A DNA stretch of 64,000 bases from Aureliella sp. (GTDB lineage Bacteria > Planctomycetota > Planctomycetia > Pirellulales > Pirellulaceae). This document shows, in pieces, positions 11,410 through 21,729 of the stretch (positions within the stretch are counted from its first letter, which is position 1; each line of letters begins with the position of its first letter). Under the pieces are notes generated by a model. It was not told where the DNA came from. It did no database searches and saw only the letters and a program-made list of their open reading frames with translations. The stretch spans positions 1,024,001-1,088,000 of the forward strand of contig OY829846.1 in the NCBI GenBank assembly GCA_963691875.1, written 5' to 3'. The position numbers and the translations under genes are program-made.

Positions 11410-11639
11410 GTCATTCGTAGCGGCAGTCGTCGAGACTATCTTGTAGCCGAATTCGTCAAGATGTTCTTTCTAGCAGATAATCTGAAGTTTTCTGTGGTGG
11501 TGATGAAGTAACGAACCCAAGAGCAGGGCTCCCCGACGCAATCGGATCGCCAAAGCAAGACGTCATGCACGGCTGAGTGTTAAACGAAGCGACATAAAGT
11601 CATGCCAAATTGCACTATGAGTTGATTACAAATCAAAGC

Positions 11640-12869
11640 CTATCCCGAACGGAGAATCCACTTGGATACGGCCGGGGGCTGCAGTTTGCTGGCTCCCAAG
11701 AATTCGGCGAGCTGGGAGAAGCGTTGTTTGTCATTGCGTTTGAACTTTACGGAAGCCTTAAAATCCTCTTCCAGGAAGACTGCTTTCACTTCGAGCCGTG
11801 ACTCATCGCGGTGCAACTTGGCGTCAAACCTGCCGGCAAACACTCCGTTGTGCAGAATCGACAAGACATAGTACCCGAACTGGCGTTTTGACTCAGGCAC
11901 ATAGATCTCAATCCGGTAGTGAAAACCAAGTAAATCCTCCGCCCGTTGTCGCTGCCAGAGCAGAGAGTCAAATGGACAAATAAAAGTGGTTCCTGTTGGG
12001 GCCGGAAGATCGGGTGCATCTCCGAGTTCCTGCAGCACGTAATACGTTTCCTTGCAGCCTTCTACCTGCACCGCCACAATCGTCCTCTCGCGCAGATTGC
12101 GTTGAATTACCGCGCGACGCTCCTCTGCATTCAAAGAGGGAGCAGTCCAGTAGTACTTCAAATGGCTTTCGGAAGCAAATCCATTGCCACGCAATCCGAT
12201 AAGCAACCAACTGTCATGGTATTGCTTTATAGAAGCAGCCAGTGTGTCGACTGGATAGACTCGCTCCGCCAAGTCAAATTGCTTTCGAAATCTCAAGCGT
12301 GAGTCGAACGCAAGTTTTCCAGCATGCCACAGCAGCCCCAAGCTGCGTTTGTCTTCCTTGGGGGTGGCCGCCCCCCAGCCAAGCAGAGAACGATCGGCCT
12401 TGTCCTTTGCCGTTGGCTCGAAATCGGCACTCTCGAGAGAGCCATTTTGACGAATCAGCTTGAGGACCCGCCGCTTTGACTCTGGGCTGGTCTTGTGCCT
12501 CGACCAATTCGCGGCATTCTCCCAACAGTTGGGGGGAAAACGCTTCATCCGTCGTTTGCCAAGTGGCAAATGCGAAATCGGCAGAATCGACGCCTCGTGC
12601 CCCCAGTACTCGTAGGCCAGACGATCTTGGTAAAGCCATGAGTCGACTCTCGCGCGGTCATAGTTTCCGAATCGCGACCACAGAGTCAGATAGTGAGCAC
12701 GATCCAAGACGTTGACGGAGTCGACTTGCAATCCGCCAAGGCGTTCGAGCTCTTCGACAAAGGTCGCTGCAGTGAGCGTTCGAGGCCGCGAGCAATCAAG
12801 CAGTCCTTGTTGGCTAAGCCAAAGCCGGACGACTTGCTGCTGTGAAATCTTGGGAAGCTGATCTGGCAA
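11640..12869 (-). CDS. YcaQ/AlkZ-family (HTH_42) DNA crosslink-repair glycosylase
   Basis: LQVDSVNVLDRAHYLTLWSRFG (QxD motif), EYWGHEAS, PFDSLLWQR, YRIEIYVPESKRQFGYYVL. Confidence 0.88.
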   Translation of the reverse strand: MPDQLPKISQQQVVRLWLSQQGLLDCSRPRTLTAATFVEELERLGGLQVDSVNVLDRAHYLTLWSRFGNYDRARVDSWLYQDRLAYEYWGHEASILPISHLPLGKRRMKRFPPNCWENAANWSRHKTSPESKRRVLKLIRQNGSLESADFEPTAKDKADRSLLGWGAATPKEDKRSLGLLWHAGKLAFDSRLRFRKQFDLAERVYPVDTLAASIKQYHDSWLLIGLRGNGFASESHLKYYWTAPSLNAEERRAVIQRNLRERTIVAVQVEGCKETYYVLQELGDAPDLPAPTGTTFICPFDSLLWQRQRAEDLLGFHYRIEIYVPESKRQFGYYVLSILHNGVFAGRFDAKLHRDESRLEVKAVFLEEDFKASVKFKRNDKQRFSQLAEFLGASKLQPPAVSKWILRSG

Positions 12870-13083
12870 AACGAAACATTCCGACTTGCGTTATACTGTG
12901 ACGCAAAGTTGCAAATGATGCAGCGTCTGTGGCGACCGGCAGAAGTACTTCTACCCAGTGAAAGTGAATCGCGCAGGCGAATACTGCTCGGAAACGAACT
13001 TGGACTAGCACGTTCTGACTTGCCGTCCACCTTAGAAGCCCGGTTTGTAAGTCAGATTCCACGAAGTTACAAGAAAGCACAAA

Positions 13084-14100
13084 GTGAAGGTTGAATGCTT
13101 AAAGTTTGATTTGCCGCTGCGAGATCCCTTCACCATTGCTCGCGGTACGGTGACCGTTCAGCCGACACTGATCGTTCGAGTCGAACGAGATGGCTTGGTT
13201 GGGTTCGGCGAAGCGACGACGAACGATTTCTACGGAATCACTCTTGAGTCGATGGAAGCGGCGCTGGATCGAGTGCGCGGCAAGCTCGAAAACTGCGAAT
13301 TAGAAAACCCTGCGGTGGTTTGGAAAGAGCTGGATGAGGACTTGCGGGACTGCCGCTTCGCCCAGTGCGCATTGGACTGCGCAGTCTGGGATTTGTACGC
13401 CAAGCAGCTGGGACTCCCCCTTTGGAAGTTGTGGGGATTTGAAGCTTCGGACCCAAGACCGCCAACTTGTTTTACGATCGGGCTGGATTCCCCCGAAGAG
13501 ATGGTCCGTAAACTTCACGATCGCCCAGGATGGCCCGTCTACAAGATCAAACTCGATGCGTCAGGCGGACTCGACCTAGTACAAGAGCTGCGTAAACACA
13601 CCGATGCGAAGTTTCGCGTGGACGCCAACTGCTCCTGGAAGCCTGAACAAGTCCGGACGCTCGCCGCGGAATTGGCTGCGCAAAACGTCGAGTTGATTGA
13701 GCAACCGCTCGAGCACTTGGAATATGACGCGATGCGCGAATTCAAAGGCAATTGCGCCCTGCCACTGATGGCGGATGAAAGTTGCCAAGTCGAATCAGAT
13801 GTAGATCGCTGCATTCCAAGTTTCGACGCAATCAATATCAAGCTTGTCAAATGCGGTGGCTTGACACCTGCGAGGCGTATGATTGCACGTGCGAAACAAC
13901 GAGGCCTGCAAGTGATGGTTGGATGCATGACGGAATCCAGCATCGGAATTTCCGCTGGCGTCCACCTCTTGCCTTTGCTTGACTATGCTGATCTAGATGG
14001 AGCCCTGCTGCTGGAAAAAGATATTGCGCGAGGCTTGAGCTGGGAGCAGGGAGTTTGCGACCTACCCAATGCCCCCGGACTTGGCGTGGAACTGGTTTAG
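13084..14100 (+). CDS. Dipeptide (L-Ala-D/L-Glu) epimerase, enolase superfamily
   Basis: PFTIARG, YKIKL, RVDAN, IEQP, MADES, INIKLVKCGG, GCMTES, DLDG. Confidence 0.92.
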   Translation: MKVECLKFDLPLRDPFTIARGTVTVQPTLIVRVERDGLVGFGEATTNDFYGITLESMEAALDRVRGKLENCELENPAVVWKELDEDLRDCRFAQCALDCAVWDLYAKQLGLPLWKLWGFEASDPRPPTCFTIGLDSPEEMVRKLHDRPGWPVYKIKLDASGGLDLVQELRKHTDAKFRVDANCSWKPEQVRTLAAELAAQNVELIEQPLEHLEYDAMREFKGNCALPLMADESCQVESDVDRCIPSFDAINIKLVKCGGLTPARRMIARAKQRGLQVMVGCMTESSIGISAGVHLLPLLDYADLDGALLLEKDIARGLSWEQGVCDLPNAPGLGVELV

Positions 14101-17100
14101 GTCCAGCTTGAAATCACCGCAAGTACTTCGGCAGGCATCTACAAAATCACCGTACAGAGTCTGAATGAGTTCTGTTTCGGAACCGTCGATCGCTTTCTCC
14201 ATCGCATCCATCACGCTTTCGATGCGTTTCATACCGAATGTTCCTCCCGACCCGCGGATCTCATGAGCCATGCGTTTTAGCTCCGGCAGATCCAGCTCGC
14301 GCACCAGTCCTTCCATCGCATCGAGTTTTTCAACCGTGCTCGAAAGGAAGTCACGTCCAAACTGTTGCATGTAAGGGGCAAGATTCTCACTGCTGCCTGC
14401 TGCTGATGCGGTTTCAGAAGCATCCTCCAGAACCAACTCAGTCTCAGCCCCCCGACTGGAAATATTGCAGAACCGACGCGCGTTTTGGAGCAACTGCTGG
14501 AAGTCGATCGGCTTGGTCAAGAAATCACAGCAGCCAGCCTCTAGGCATCGCTCTTGATCGCCTTCCATGCTGTTGGCAGTGAGAGCGACGATGGGTTGAC
14601 CATAGCCCAATGCCTTTAGCTCACCTGCGGCAGTGTAACCATCCATGACCGGCATTTGCATATCGAGTAGTACGAGGTCGAAACTGCCAGCCACAGCTGA
14701 CGCAACGGCCTCGGCACCATTTTCGACCAAGTGTACTGTCGCTCCGGCAGAGGTGAGCAGATGTTCGATGATTTCGCGATTTGCTTCCACGTCGTCAGCG
14801 ACAAGAATATTAGCACCATCTAATCGAATCACTTCATCGACCTGTTTTAGCGATTGGACTGAGGCCTCGGCTGCGTCAAGCATCTCTACGCCCGAGATAT
14901 CGCCGGTAGCAATCGTCACGCGGAAAATGCTTCCCACGCCCACTTCCGAGCTGATGCTGATTCCGCCTCCAAGCGCTTCGGACAGCTTCTTGGAGATCGA
15001 CAAGCCAAGACCGGTCCCGCCAAACTGCCGAGTGGTAGATGCATCGGCTTGTGTGAAGGGATCAAAGATTTTCGCAACCTGCTCCGAGCTGATTCCAATT
15101 CCTGTGTCACAGACATCTATCTGAAACTGAGGCGACGCTCCCTCGGTCAATTTCAACACAACACGCACACCACCTTCGCTGGTAAACTTAATCGCATTCC
15201 CAACCAAGTTCATCACGATCTGTCGAACTCGAGTTGGGTCGCTATAGATGGTGCTCGGGACCTGGCCTTCGACCTCAACCTCCAGCGAAATCCCCTTCTC
15301 GCTGGCCCTCGATTCCATTGCTGAAGCAGCGTCGCTGACAAGCTCAAGTGGATTCATCGCGAGGGATTCAACCTCAAGATGCTCGGCTTCGATCTTTGAG
15401 AAATCAAGCAAATCGTTTAGCAGGGCGAGCAGATGCTCACCATTATTGTGAATCCGCCGGAGATAAAGCTCCTGAGTTTCCGCATCAACTTCACGAGTAC
15501 GCAGAATCTCGGTGAAGCCCAAAACAGCACTCATCGGAGTGCGGATTTCGTGGCTCATGCAAGCCAGGAACTCACTCTTCGACTCACTGGCTCTTTCAGC
15601 TGCGGTCTTCGCCTTTTCGAGTTTTGCTTGCGTGTCGCGTAGTTCGTTTGCGGTCCGTTCCAGTTCCTTTGAACGCTGCACGACGGCTTCGGTGCGCTCT
15701 TGAACTCGGTTCTCCAAGCTTTCGTTCAGTGCCTCCAGCTGCTCCCACCCATCGGCTCGTTCGAGGGCTCCACCGGCTGCTGAGGCTAGATAGTTCGCGA
15801 TGCGGCATTCATCGTCACCAAACAAGCTACTCAAATGCGTATTGGCAACGTAGAGGAAAAACCTTGATTGCTCATTCAGCAAAATGGGACAAGCAAGAAA
15901 AGCTCCGGTCTGCTCCAGCGCCACTCCGTGACGATCGATTTGTTCCTTGCGAGCCAAGATGCTCTGTCCTTCGCAGGCGGATCGAGCCACCAGTTCGGGA
16001 TCAAACTCACGCGAATCTGCTGCCTGTTGCACGACGCGAAATCCGGATTCAGCCGCTTCCAGGATCAGGACACGATCTCCTCGAAGAAGTCGAGTCGTGG
16101 CAGCGAGCGTTTCCGAAAGTACATCGCTGGCGGAATTCGCGGCGACGATCTGCCTTCCCGCATCTAGCAGTTTCTCAAAGCGGTCCATCAAAGAAAGCGA
16201 AGCAGTCTGGGCACCGGCAACCACACTACCTTCAATTTCCTTCAGGTATTCCGTCGCGCGGCGAAAACGCTCCGCAGTGCTCTCCGACGGCTTGTTCTCG
16301 TTTTGCAGGCGACATAGCTCGAGCTCGGACAACGCGGCTTCATACTTGGCACCTTGTTCTTCCGCAACACGAATACTCTTGTACAGCAGGCGTATCGCCA
16401 ACCGAACGCTTCCTTGCATAGCCTCGAACAAAGCCTTCTCTCGCAAAGCATGAGGCAGCTCGTTCTGGAATCGTCTTCCGAGAAACAGCCCAGCTCTGGT
16501 AGCTTTGCCAAGTCGCTTGAGCAGCGAATCGCGACGCCGCTTTGTCTTGGGCGGATCGGTCTCCAGTAATCGACGTAAAGAAGTGGCGAGCCAGGTGTAG
16601 TTCGGAGTGATGTAGGCGTTGATGACGCCGGTAGCTCGCACAGCCGTAACAGCTTGCTCAAAACAATCGATTGCGGCTTCGTATTTTTGCTCGAGATGTT
16701 TCTTTACGCCATCTGCCAGATGGAGCTGACAAGAAGCTTGGTGATCACGCTTGTCGCGGCCTAGTTCCGTAGCGATCGCGTCCGCCGGAACCGCGCCAAG
16801 GCTAGCTCGCACCCAAATATCAATGGCGTTTCCTGAGGACTGATCGTCTCCCAGCTTGATGGCCGAATCGTATAGGTCACGCGCTGCTTCGGCTGCATCT
16901 TTCAGCTGCCCCATTCGATACAGGCTAGCCGCATACTGATACTGGGCCATGTGGATTTCCCAGTAGTCGCCCGTTCTCTCTAGTACGCTGACTGCTTGCT
17001 CAGCCTGATTCTTGCACTCGTCAAACTTTGCACCTGAATAGAACATGATGCTCAAGAAGTTGCGGGACTGTCCTTGCCCCCACATGTCTTGAGCGCTCTT

Positions 17101-19905
17101 ACGGATTTGCAGGGAACGGCGAGCATAGTCGAGCCCGCGTTTCTGCCAAGGAATGAGGCTCATGACTGGAGCATGCTCAGAGTAAGCTTGAGCCAACTCA
17201 AGGGTTGGTTCGTAAATCTCAGCCAAGTTCAACTCTCGGAGGTGCGCCCACAAGGTGTAGTACTTGTCACGCACGTACCAGTAGCAATGCGCTAACTTCG
17301 AATAGAGCTTCCATGTCAAACGCTCGCCTTGCGTTGGAGTCTTGCGTCGCCCTGTAGTGATCCGTGGTGCAATCGAATGGACTGCTTGAACGGCTAGTTC
17401 GCGAGTCAGCATAGCCATCAAGCCGACCTTGGTTCTCGGAACTGGATTGCCAGCGTCCCGCAACGCCTGCTCGAAGAGATCCATCGCTTCGCCCTTATCG
17501 CCTTTCTTGAAAGCAAGGTCTCCTTGCTTGAGCCGCACTTTGGCTACACCGAGTGAGCCAGTGGCCGAGCTGAGGGCACGATCGAACCACTCTTCCGCCT
17601 CATCGTAGCGTCCGAGAAGCAAGAGCGTATCGGCCAGCCCTACTTCAATCGCGTGCCGTTTGTGTGGACTTAGAGTCTCAGCAGAAGGATGTTCTTGACC
17701 GGCCTCGCCAAGCTGCTTGTCAGGAAAAGCACGAATCGCGATTCGATATTGAGCTTCGGCAGTGTCCAGCGCGTAGCGTTTACGCGCCTCCTTGGCAGCT
17801 TTCAAGGCAGGAGACCACGCGTGGTCAGGAAGCTGCGCCGCATCAAAATGATACGCCAGATCAAAGTAGCGATCTGCTTCATGCTTCTGCAGGTAGTGAG
17901 CGATCCGAGCATGTAACTCTTGGCGGTCTTCGTCTTCTATCCTAGAAACAACCGCTTCTCGAATCTTGTCGTGGACGAACGCAATCTGACCGTCTGGCTT
18001 CAGCCACACGAGCCCTTGCTCACGCACCGCATCGATCAAGCGGAACGCATTATCAATATCGACATCTGTCAGAGCGACCGGCACTTGAATATCAAACTGC
18101 TTGCCGATGACTGCACCGACGGCCAGCAGATCAGCGGTGTCTTCTTCTAAGAACTCGAGACGCTTGAGCAAGACGTTTGCTGAATCCGCAGCGGCTTGGA
18201 ATCCTTTTAGCTGTTCTTTATCTAGTCGCCAGCCAGTTCCTTGGGGCACCAATGTCTTGGACTCGACGAGTCCTCGCATCGCAGCTGCAGCCAAGAAGGG
18301 ACTTCCTTGACTCATTGCCGTTACACTATCCTTTACCTCGACAGGCAGTTTACCGGCCATCGATTCGACGAGGACATGGATTCCTTCTGTCTCCAACTCG
18401 CCGAAATGAAGCTCCGTTGCGGCTGGCAGCGCGGCTAAAACCTCTTCGCTCATACGCTCCTGAGGGCGACTACCGATGAGCAAGAATATGGACTCGGGGC
18501 TGCGTTTTGCGAAGTCCTCAAGAACGTGCAAAGAAGGTTTGTCGAGCCACTGGCAATCGTCTAGGCAAAGCAAAGCTGGCCCATTAGCTGCGCAGCAACG
18601 CAGGGCTTCCCCGAAAGCCGTGATAACCCGCCCTTGTCCAATCTCTTCTGGCCCCACCAGCGACTCACCCGCCCAGCCTAGCACTTCGGCCAAATTAGGC
18701 ATCGCCACCGCGACTTCCTGTTGATACTCGGACAACGCTTTAGCCACCCGGGCTGATTCATCCTGACTGTACCGGAGCCGCTTTGCCAAATGATCCACCA
18801 GCGTTAGCAGTGGAGCCAACGGCTCCTGCGTCGCCTGGTCCGATGCTACACTGTGATAAACACTGAAGCCGCGTTGGGCCGCAACTCTTTTCGCCTCCAG
18901 CAATAATCGACTCTTGCCCATGCCGGACTTGCCGATTGCAATCATCGTCCGGTGTTCTCCAGACGCGACTTCAGCAATTTCCCTCTTGATCGAATCCATT
19001 TCTCTTTCGCGACCAACGAAAGAAGGTTCGGTCAACTCCGATCTCTCGTCGTGACAGCCAATGGTGACGCTCGAAAGGTCACCGTCGTGCTGAATAGCTT
19101 TGCGCAAATCACGGAGATCAGCCAGGGCAGAGGAGGCAGATTGATAGCGATCGCGAACGTCTTTCTCCAACAAGCGATCGATGAATTGAATCATGACATC
19201 TGGAGTTTTGCTATCCAATCCCTCGTAAGAGGGCGAACACGTCAGATGTTTAAAAAGTACGTCGCCAACATCCTCTCCGGCAAACAGTGGGCGTCTCATT
19301 AGGGCATGAAAGAGTACGACACCTAAAGAATATAAATCAGAGGCCGGCGTAACATCGTGTTCCAAACTGCCGGATAGCTCCGGCGATGCAAAGGACGCGA
19401 ACTCAAGCGCTTGAGCGCCATGGTTGCCGAAGGCTTGAGCCAGACAAATGGGACCGTAACCGCCGAGCACGAACCGATTGTCCTTGGTGCGAACAATATG
19501 GGTGCTGCGGATATCTCTCTGGATTATGTCAATGCTATGCACCGCCTGCAAAGCGCTCAGGCAAGCCTCGCCGACATCCAGAACTAACTCTTGCTTATCT
19601 GAGGAATTACTTTCCTCCAAGGCAATGTGCGAAAGTGGCGTGCCATGGATGAAGGGGTAGGCCAGGTAAACCCAGTCTTGCTCAACACCATGCGCCAACG
19701 GTCGACACAGTCCATCGTTCTCAAGTTGCCGCAGTCGTTTTGCCTCGTGCTCCATTCGAAGCAGCCACCCTTGCGAGACTAAATCAGCCCGAATGGCGCG
19801 CAGCACACATTTTTGCCCCGTGGGGCTACTGGCAAAGGCAGTGAAGTTGATCTCAGTCTTTTGTTGGACGTTGCTAACTGCAAAACTTCCAAACTCTGAA
19901 AGCAT
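14062..19905 (-). CDS. Giant hybrid sensor kinase: Ser/Thr-kinase-like domain, AAA ATPase, TPR, GAF, HisKA, HATPase_c, REC, Hpt
   Basis: Kinase-like QRDIR..SPE..SDLYSLGV. FVGREREM, Walker A GKSGMGKS, Walker B LCLDDCQWLD, FVHDKIRE, then helical repeats and a GAF-like FLACPI segment. EFLACMSHEIRTP, NLVGNAIKFT, DTGIGI, GGTGLGL. REC LVADD/LLDMQMP/TKP. Hpt AHEIRGSGG. Confidence 0.93.
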   Translation of the reverse strand: MLSEFGSFAVSNVQQKTEINFTAFASSPTGQKCVLRAIRADLVSQGWLLRMEHEAKRLRQLENDGLCRPLAHGVEQDWVYLAYPFIHGTPLSHIALEESNSSDKQELVLDVGEACLSALQAVHSIDIIQRDIRSTHIVRTKDNRFVLGGYGPICLAQAFGNHGAQALEFASFASPELSGSLEHDVTPASDLYSLGVVLFHALMRRPLFAGEDVGDVLFKHLTCSPSYEGLDSKTPDVMIQFIDRLLEKDVRDRYQSASSALADLRDLRKAIQHDGDLSSVTIGCHDERSELTEPSFVGREREMDSIKREIAEVASGEHRTMIAIGKSGMGKSRLLLEAKRVAAQRGFSVYHSVASDQATQEPLAPLLTLVDHLAKRLRYSQDESARVAKALSEYQQEVAVAMPNLAEVLGWAGESLVGPEEIGQGRVITAFGEALRCCAANGPALLCLDDCQWLDKPSLHVLEDFAKRSPESIFLLIGSRPQERMSEEVLAALPAATELHFGELETEGIHVLVESMAGKLPVEVKDSVTAMSQGSPFLAAAAMRGLVESKTLVPQGTGWRLDKEQLKGFQAAADSANVLLKRLEFLEEDTADLLAVGAVIGKQFDIQVPVALTDVDIDNAFRLIDAVREQGLVWLKPDGQIAFVHDKIREAVVSRIEDEDRQELHARIAHYLQKHEADRYFDLAYHFDAAQLPDHAWSPALKAAKEARKRYALDTAEAQYRIAIRAFPDKQLGEAGQEHPSAETLSPHKRHAIEVGLADTLLLLGRYDEAEEWFDRALSSATGSLGVAKVRLKQGDLAFKKGDKGEAMDLFEQALRDAGNPVPRTKVGLMAMLTRELAVQAVHSIAPRITTGRRKTPTQGERLTWKLYSKLAHCYWYVRDKYYTLWAHLRELNLAEIYEPTLELAQAYSEHAPVMSLIPWQKRGLDYARRSLQIRKSAQDMWGQGQSRNFLSIMFYSGAKFDECKNQAEQAVSVLERTGDYWEIHMAQYQYAASLYRMGQLKDAAEAARDLYDSAIKLGDDQSSGNAIDIWVRASLGAVPADAIATELGRDKRDHQASCQLHLADGVKKHLEQKYEAAIDCFEQAVTAVRATGVINAYITPNYTWLATSLRRLLETDPPKTKRRRDSLLKRLGKATRAGLFLGRRFQNELPHALREKALFEAMQGSVRLAIRLLYKSIRVAEEQGAKYEAALSELELCRLQNENKPSESTAERFRRATEYLKEIEGSVVAGAQTASLSLMDRFEKLLDAGRQIVAANSASDVLSETLAATTRLLRGDRVLILEAAESGFRVVQQAADSREFDPELVARSACEGQSILARKEQIDRHGVALEQTGAFLACPILLNEQSRFFLYVANTHLSSLFGDDECRIANYLASAAGGALERADGWEQLEALNESLENRVQERTEAVVQRSKELERTANELRDTQAKLEKAKTAAERASESKSEFLACMSHEIRTPMSAVLGFTEILRTREVDAETQELYLRRIHNNGEHLLALLNDLLDFSKIEAEHLEVESLAMNPLELVSDAASAMESRASEKGISLEVEVEGQVPSTIYSDPTRVRQIVMNLVGNAIKFTSEGGVRVVLKLTEGASPQFQIDVCDTGIGISSEQVAKIFDPFTQADASTTRQFGGTGLGLSISKKLSEALGGGISISSEVGVGSIFRVTIATGDISGVEMLDAAEASVQSLKQVDEVIRLDGANILVADDVEANREIIEHLLTSAGATVHLVENGAEAVASAVAGSFDLVLLDMQMPVMDGYTAAGELKALGYGQPIVALTANSMEGDQERCLEAGCCDFLTKPIDFQQLLQNARRFCNISSRGAETELVLEDASETASAAGSSENLAPYMQQFGRDFLSSTVEKLDAMEGLVRELDLPELKRMAHEIRGSGGTFGMKRIESVMDAMEKAIDGSETELIQTLYGDFVDACRSTCGDFKLDLNQFHAKSGGIG

Positions 19906-20167
19906 GGTCTCTTCTCATGAAGACACTAATGACCCCACCCGAAAGTGGCAATTCCTTCCGGGTTAGGCCAATCATTCCGGATTGGTGGAAAATGCACCGC
20001 GTAAGTGTAGGTCACCCTAAGCGTCCTGACGCGAATTCGCGGCAAGGGAATCCGCCTAGTCACCGACCGGGAGTCGTTATTTTCGTAGGAATTCGCTTAC
20101 CAATTGATATGATTCGTGCAAAAACCGCCCTTTCCGAAGAGCGGTAATAGCCTACGGGGAGCCCCTG

Positions 20168-21559
20168 ATGATTATTAAGAAAGACGCTTTTGCGTCACAA
20201 GCAGCGGAATTTCCGACGTGGCAAGAGCACTACGATCGCCATGTAAACCCCACACTTATGACGTCTTTGCTCCGTCGCAGCGTACCAGTTTTAGACCAGG
20301 TCTCTTGGCGAGTTTTGGAAGTAGCTGAAGGCTCGGCGTCCACGATCTTACCTCTTGGACGAGAATCCACTAACCAGCATGGGACGCATCAGGCTGCACT
20401 GATTGCACTTTCGGCAGACTACACGGGCGGGTTAGCACTGGCCACTTTGCTGACAGGAGTCCCACTTGCCGGAATTCACCAGTGCAACGAAGAAGAATCC
20501 GCATCACTGTGGCTCGCAGACATGTCAGTGCGTTTTCGAGCTCCGTCCACCGGCCACATGATCGGCAATTGCACCATTGATGGCGATATGGCTGACAAGA
20601 TCCAGAAGCGATACTTTAGCGGCAAAAAAGTGTTCGTGATGCTCCCCATCAGCTTCCACTCAAACGGTGAGCTTGTCGCGGAAGCCGAGATGAAATACTT
20701 CGCTCAGCCCTCCGTGCAACTTCGCCCCAACAAGGACAGCAAGCTCTCCCCCATTTTTGCAACAAAGCTCAAAGCTTCAGCACGCATGATTGCAGGCGTA
20801 CGCGCACAGAAGCCCAAGTTTCAAAACATTCGTATCGACTGTCCGCACACCAAGAATGCCGCGACCGAGCACGGCACACTGCTCGCCAATCAGCTGCGTT
20901 CCGCCTTGCCAGAACTGACCGACATGGTGCACGCTCGGACCCAGCATGGTGACAACGCGTTGATGAAGATCCCCGAGCTGGAACAGGTCGTAATCGTCGG
21001 CGCAGGACTGGATATGCGGCCATATCGCTGGCACCAAAGTTTGCCAAACGTGACTTGGTTCGAACTCGACCTGCCGGTCATGCTAGAAGAGCGACAGAGA
21101 GTAATTTCTGAGTTGGATAACCCACCAGCGGTTCAACGAAGACCAATTGGCCTGGACTTGCTGGAAAATGAAGTCCACGAACTCTTACTCGAACACCCAG
21201 ACTTTGATCCCGAGAAACCGTCTTTAGTAATCTACGAAGGCTGCTCGATGTATTTCGAAGCCAAAGAGAATCGCCGAATTCTGCGATCGATTCGTAGACT
21301 GCTTCAGAACCCGAACAGTCGGGTCTGGTGTGACATGGTGACCGAGGAAGTGATAAAAGGGAAAGGGAGATTCCCTCAGGTAGACGCCTTCCTTAAAGCA
21401 ATGGACAATCTGGGCGAGAGGTTCATATTCGGATCCTCGTCGCCAGCCGAGTATCTTTCTACATGTGGTTACGACCAAGCTGAGGTGACACCAACTTCCA
21501 AGTTCCTTGGTATCGAGGATGCAGTGCTCGACTTGTACAACTTTGTGATTGCCAGATAG
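20168..21559 (+). CDS. Hotdog-fold (PaaI/YiiD_C-like) domain fused to an LCM-family (TIGR00027-like) SAM-dependent carboxyl methyltransferase
   Basis: N-half LPLGRESTNQHGTHQAALIALSADYTGGLA..SVRFRAPSTG. C-half ARTQHGD..QVVIVGAGLDMRPYR..WFELDLP..LVIYEGCSMYF. Confidence 0.8.
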   Translation: MIIKKDAFASQAAEFPTWQEHYDRHVNPTLMTSLLRRSVPVLDQVSWRVLEVAEGSASTILPLGRESTNQHGTHQAALIALSADYTGGLALATLLTGVPLAGIHQCNEEESASLWLADMSVRFRAPSTGHMIGNCTIDGDMADKIQKRYFSGKKVFVMLPISFHSNGELVAEAEMKYFAQPSVQLRPNKDSKLSPIFATKLKASARMIAGVRAQKPKFQNIRIDCPHTKNAATEHGTLLANQLRSALPELTDMVHARTQHGDNALMKIPELEQVVIVGAGLDMRPYRWHQSLPNVTWFELDLPVMLEERQRVISELDNPPAVQRRPIGLDLLENEVHELLLEHPDFDPEKPSLVIYEGCSMYFEAKENRRILRSIRRLLQNPNSRVWCDMVTEEVIKGKGRFPQVDAFLKAMDNLGERFIFGSSSPAEYLSTCGYDQAEVTPTSKFLGIEDAVLDLYNFVIAR

Positions 21560-21729
21560 TGCCCAACTAGGACCGCCTCCCAAACCGCGCACCCAGACAG
21601 TTGGTGCTTATACGAATAGATAAGATCTTGATGGTAAGACTCTCTAGCCTTCGAACGTGTAGCTAGAATCAAGGGCTGTTACTTAGGCGTTTTAAAAACG
21701 CCAAAAACAAAAACGCCAAAAACCTGCGA

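Noticed and set aside
14062..14100. 39-bp convergent overlap of the epimerase and sensor kinase
   Set aside because: Short tail-to-tail overlaps are common, and the overlap lies beyond the Hpt core.
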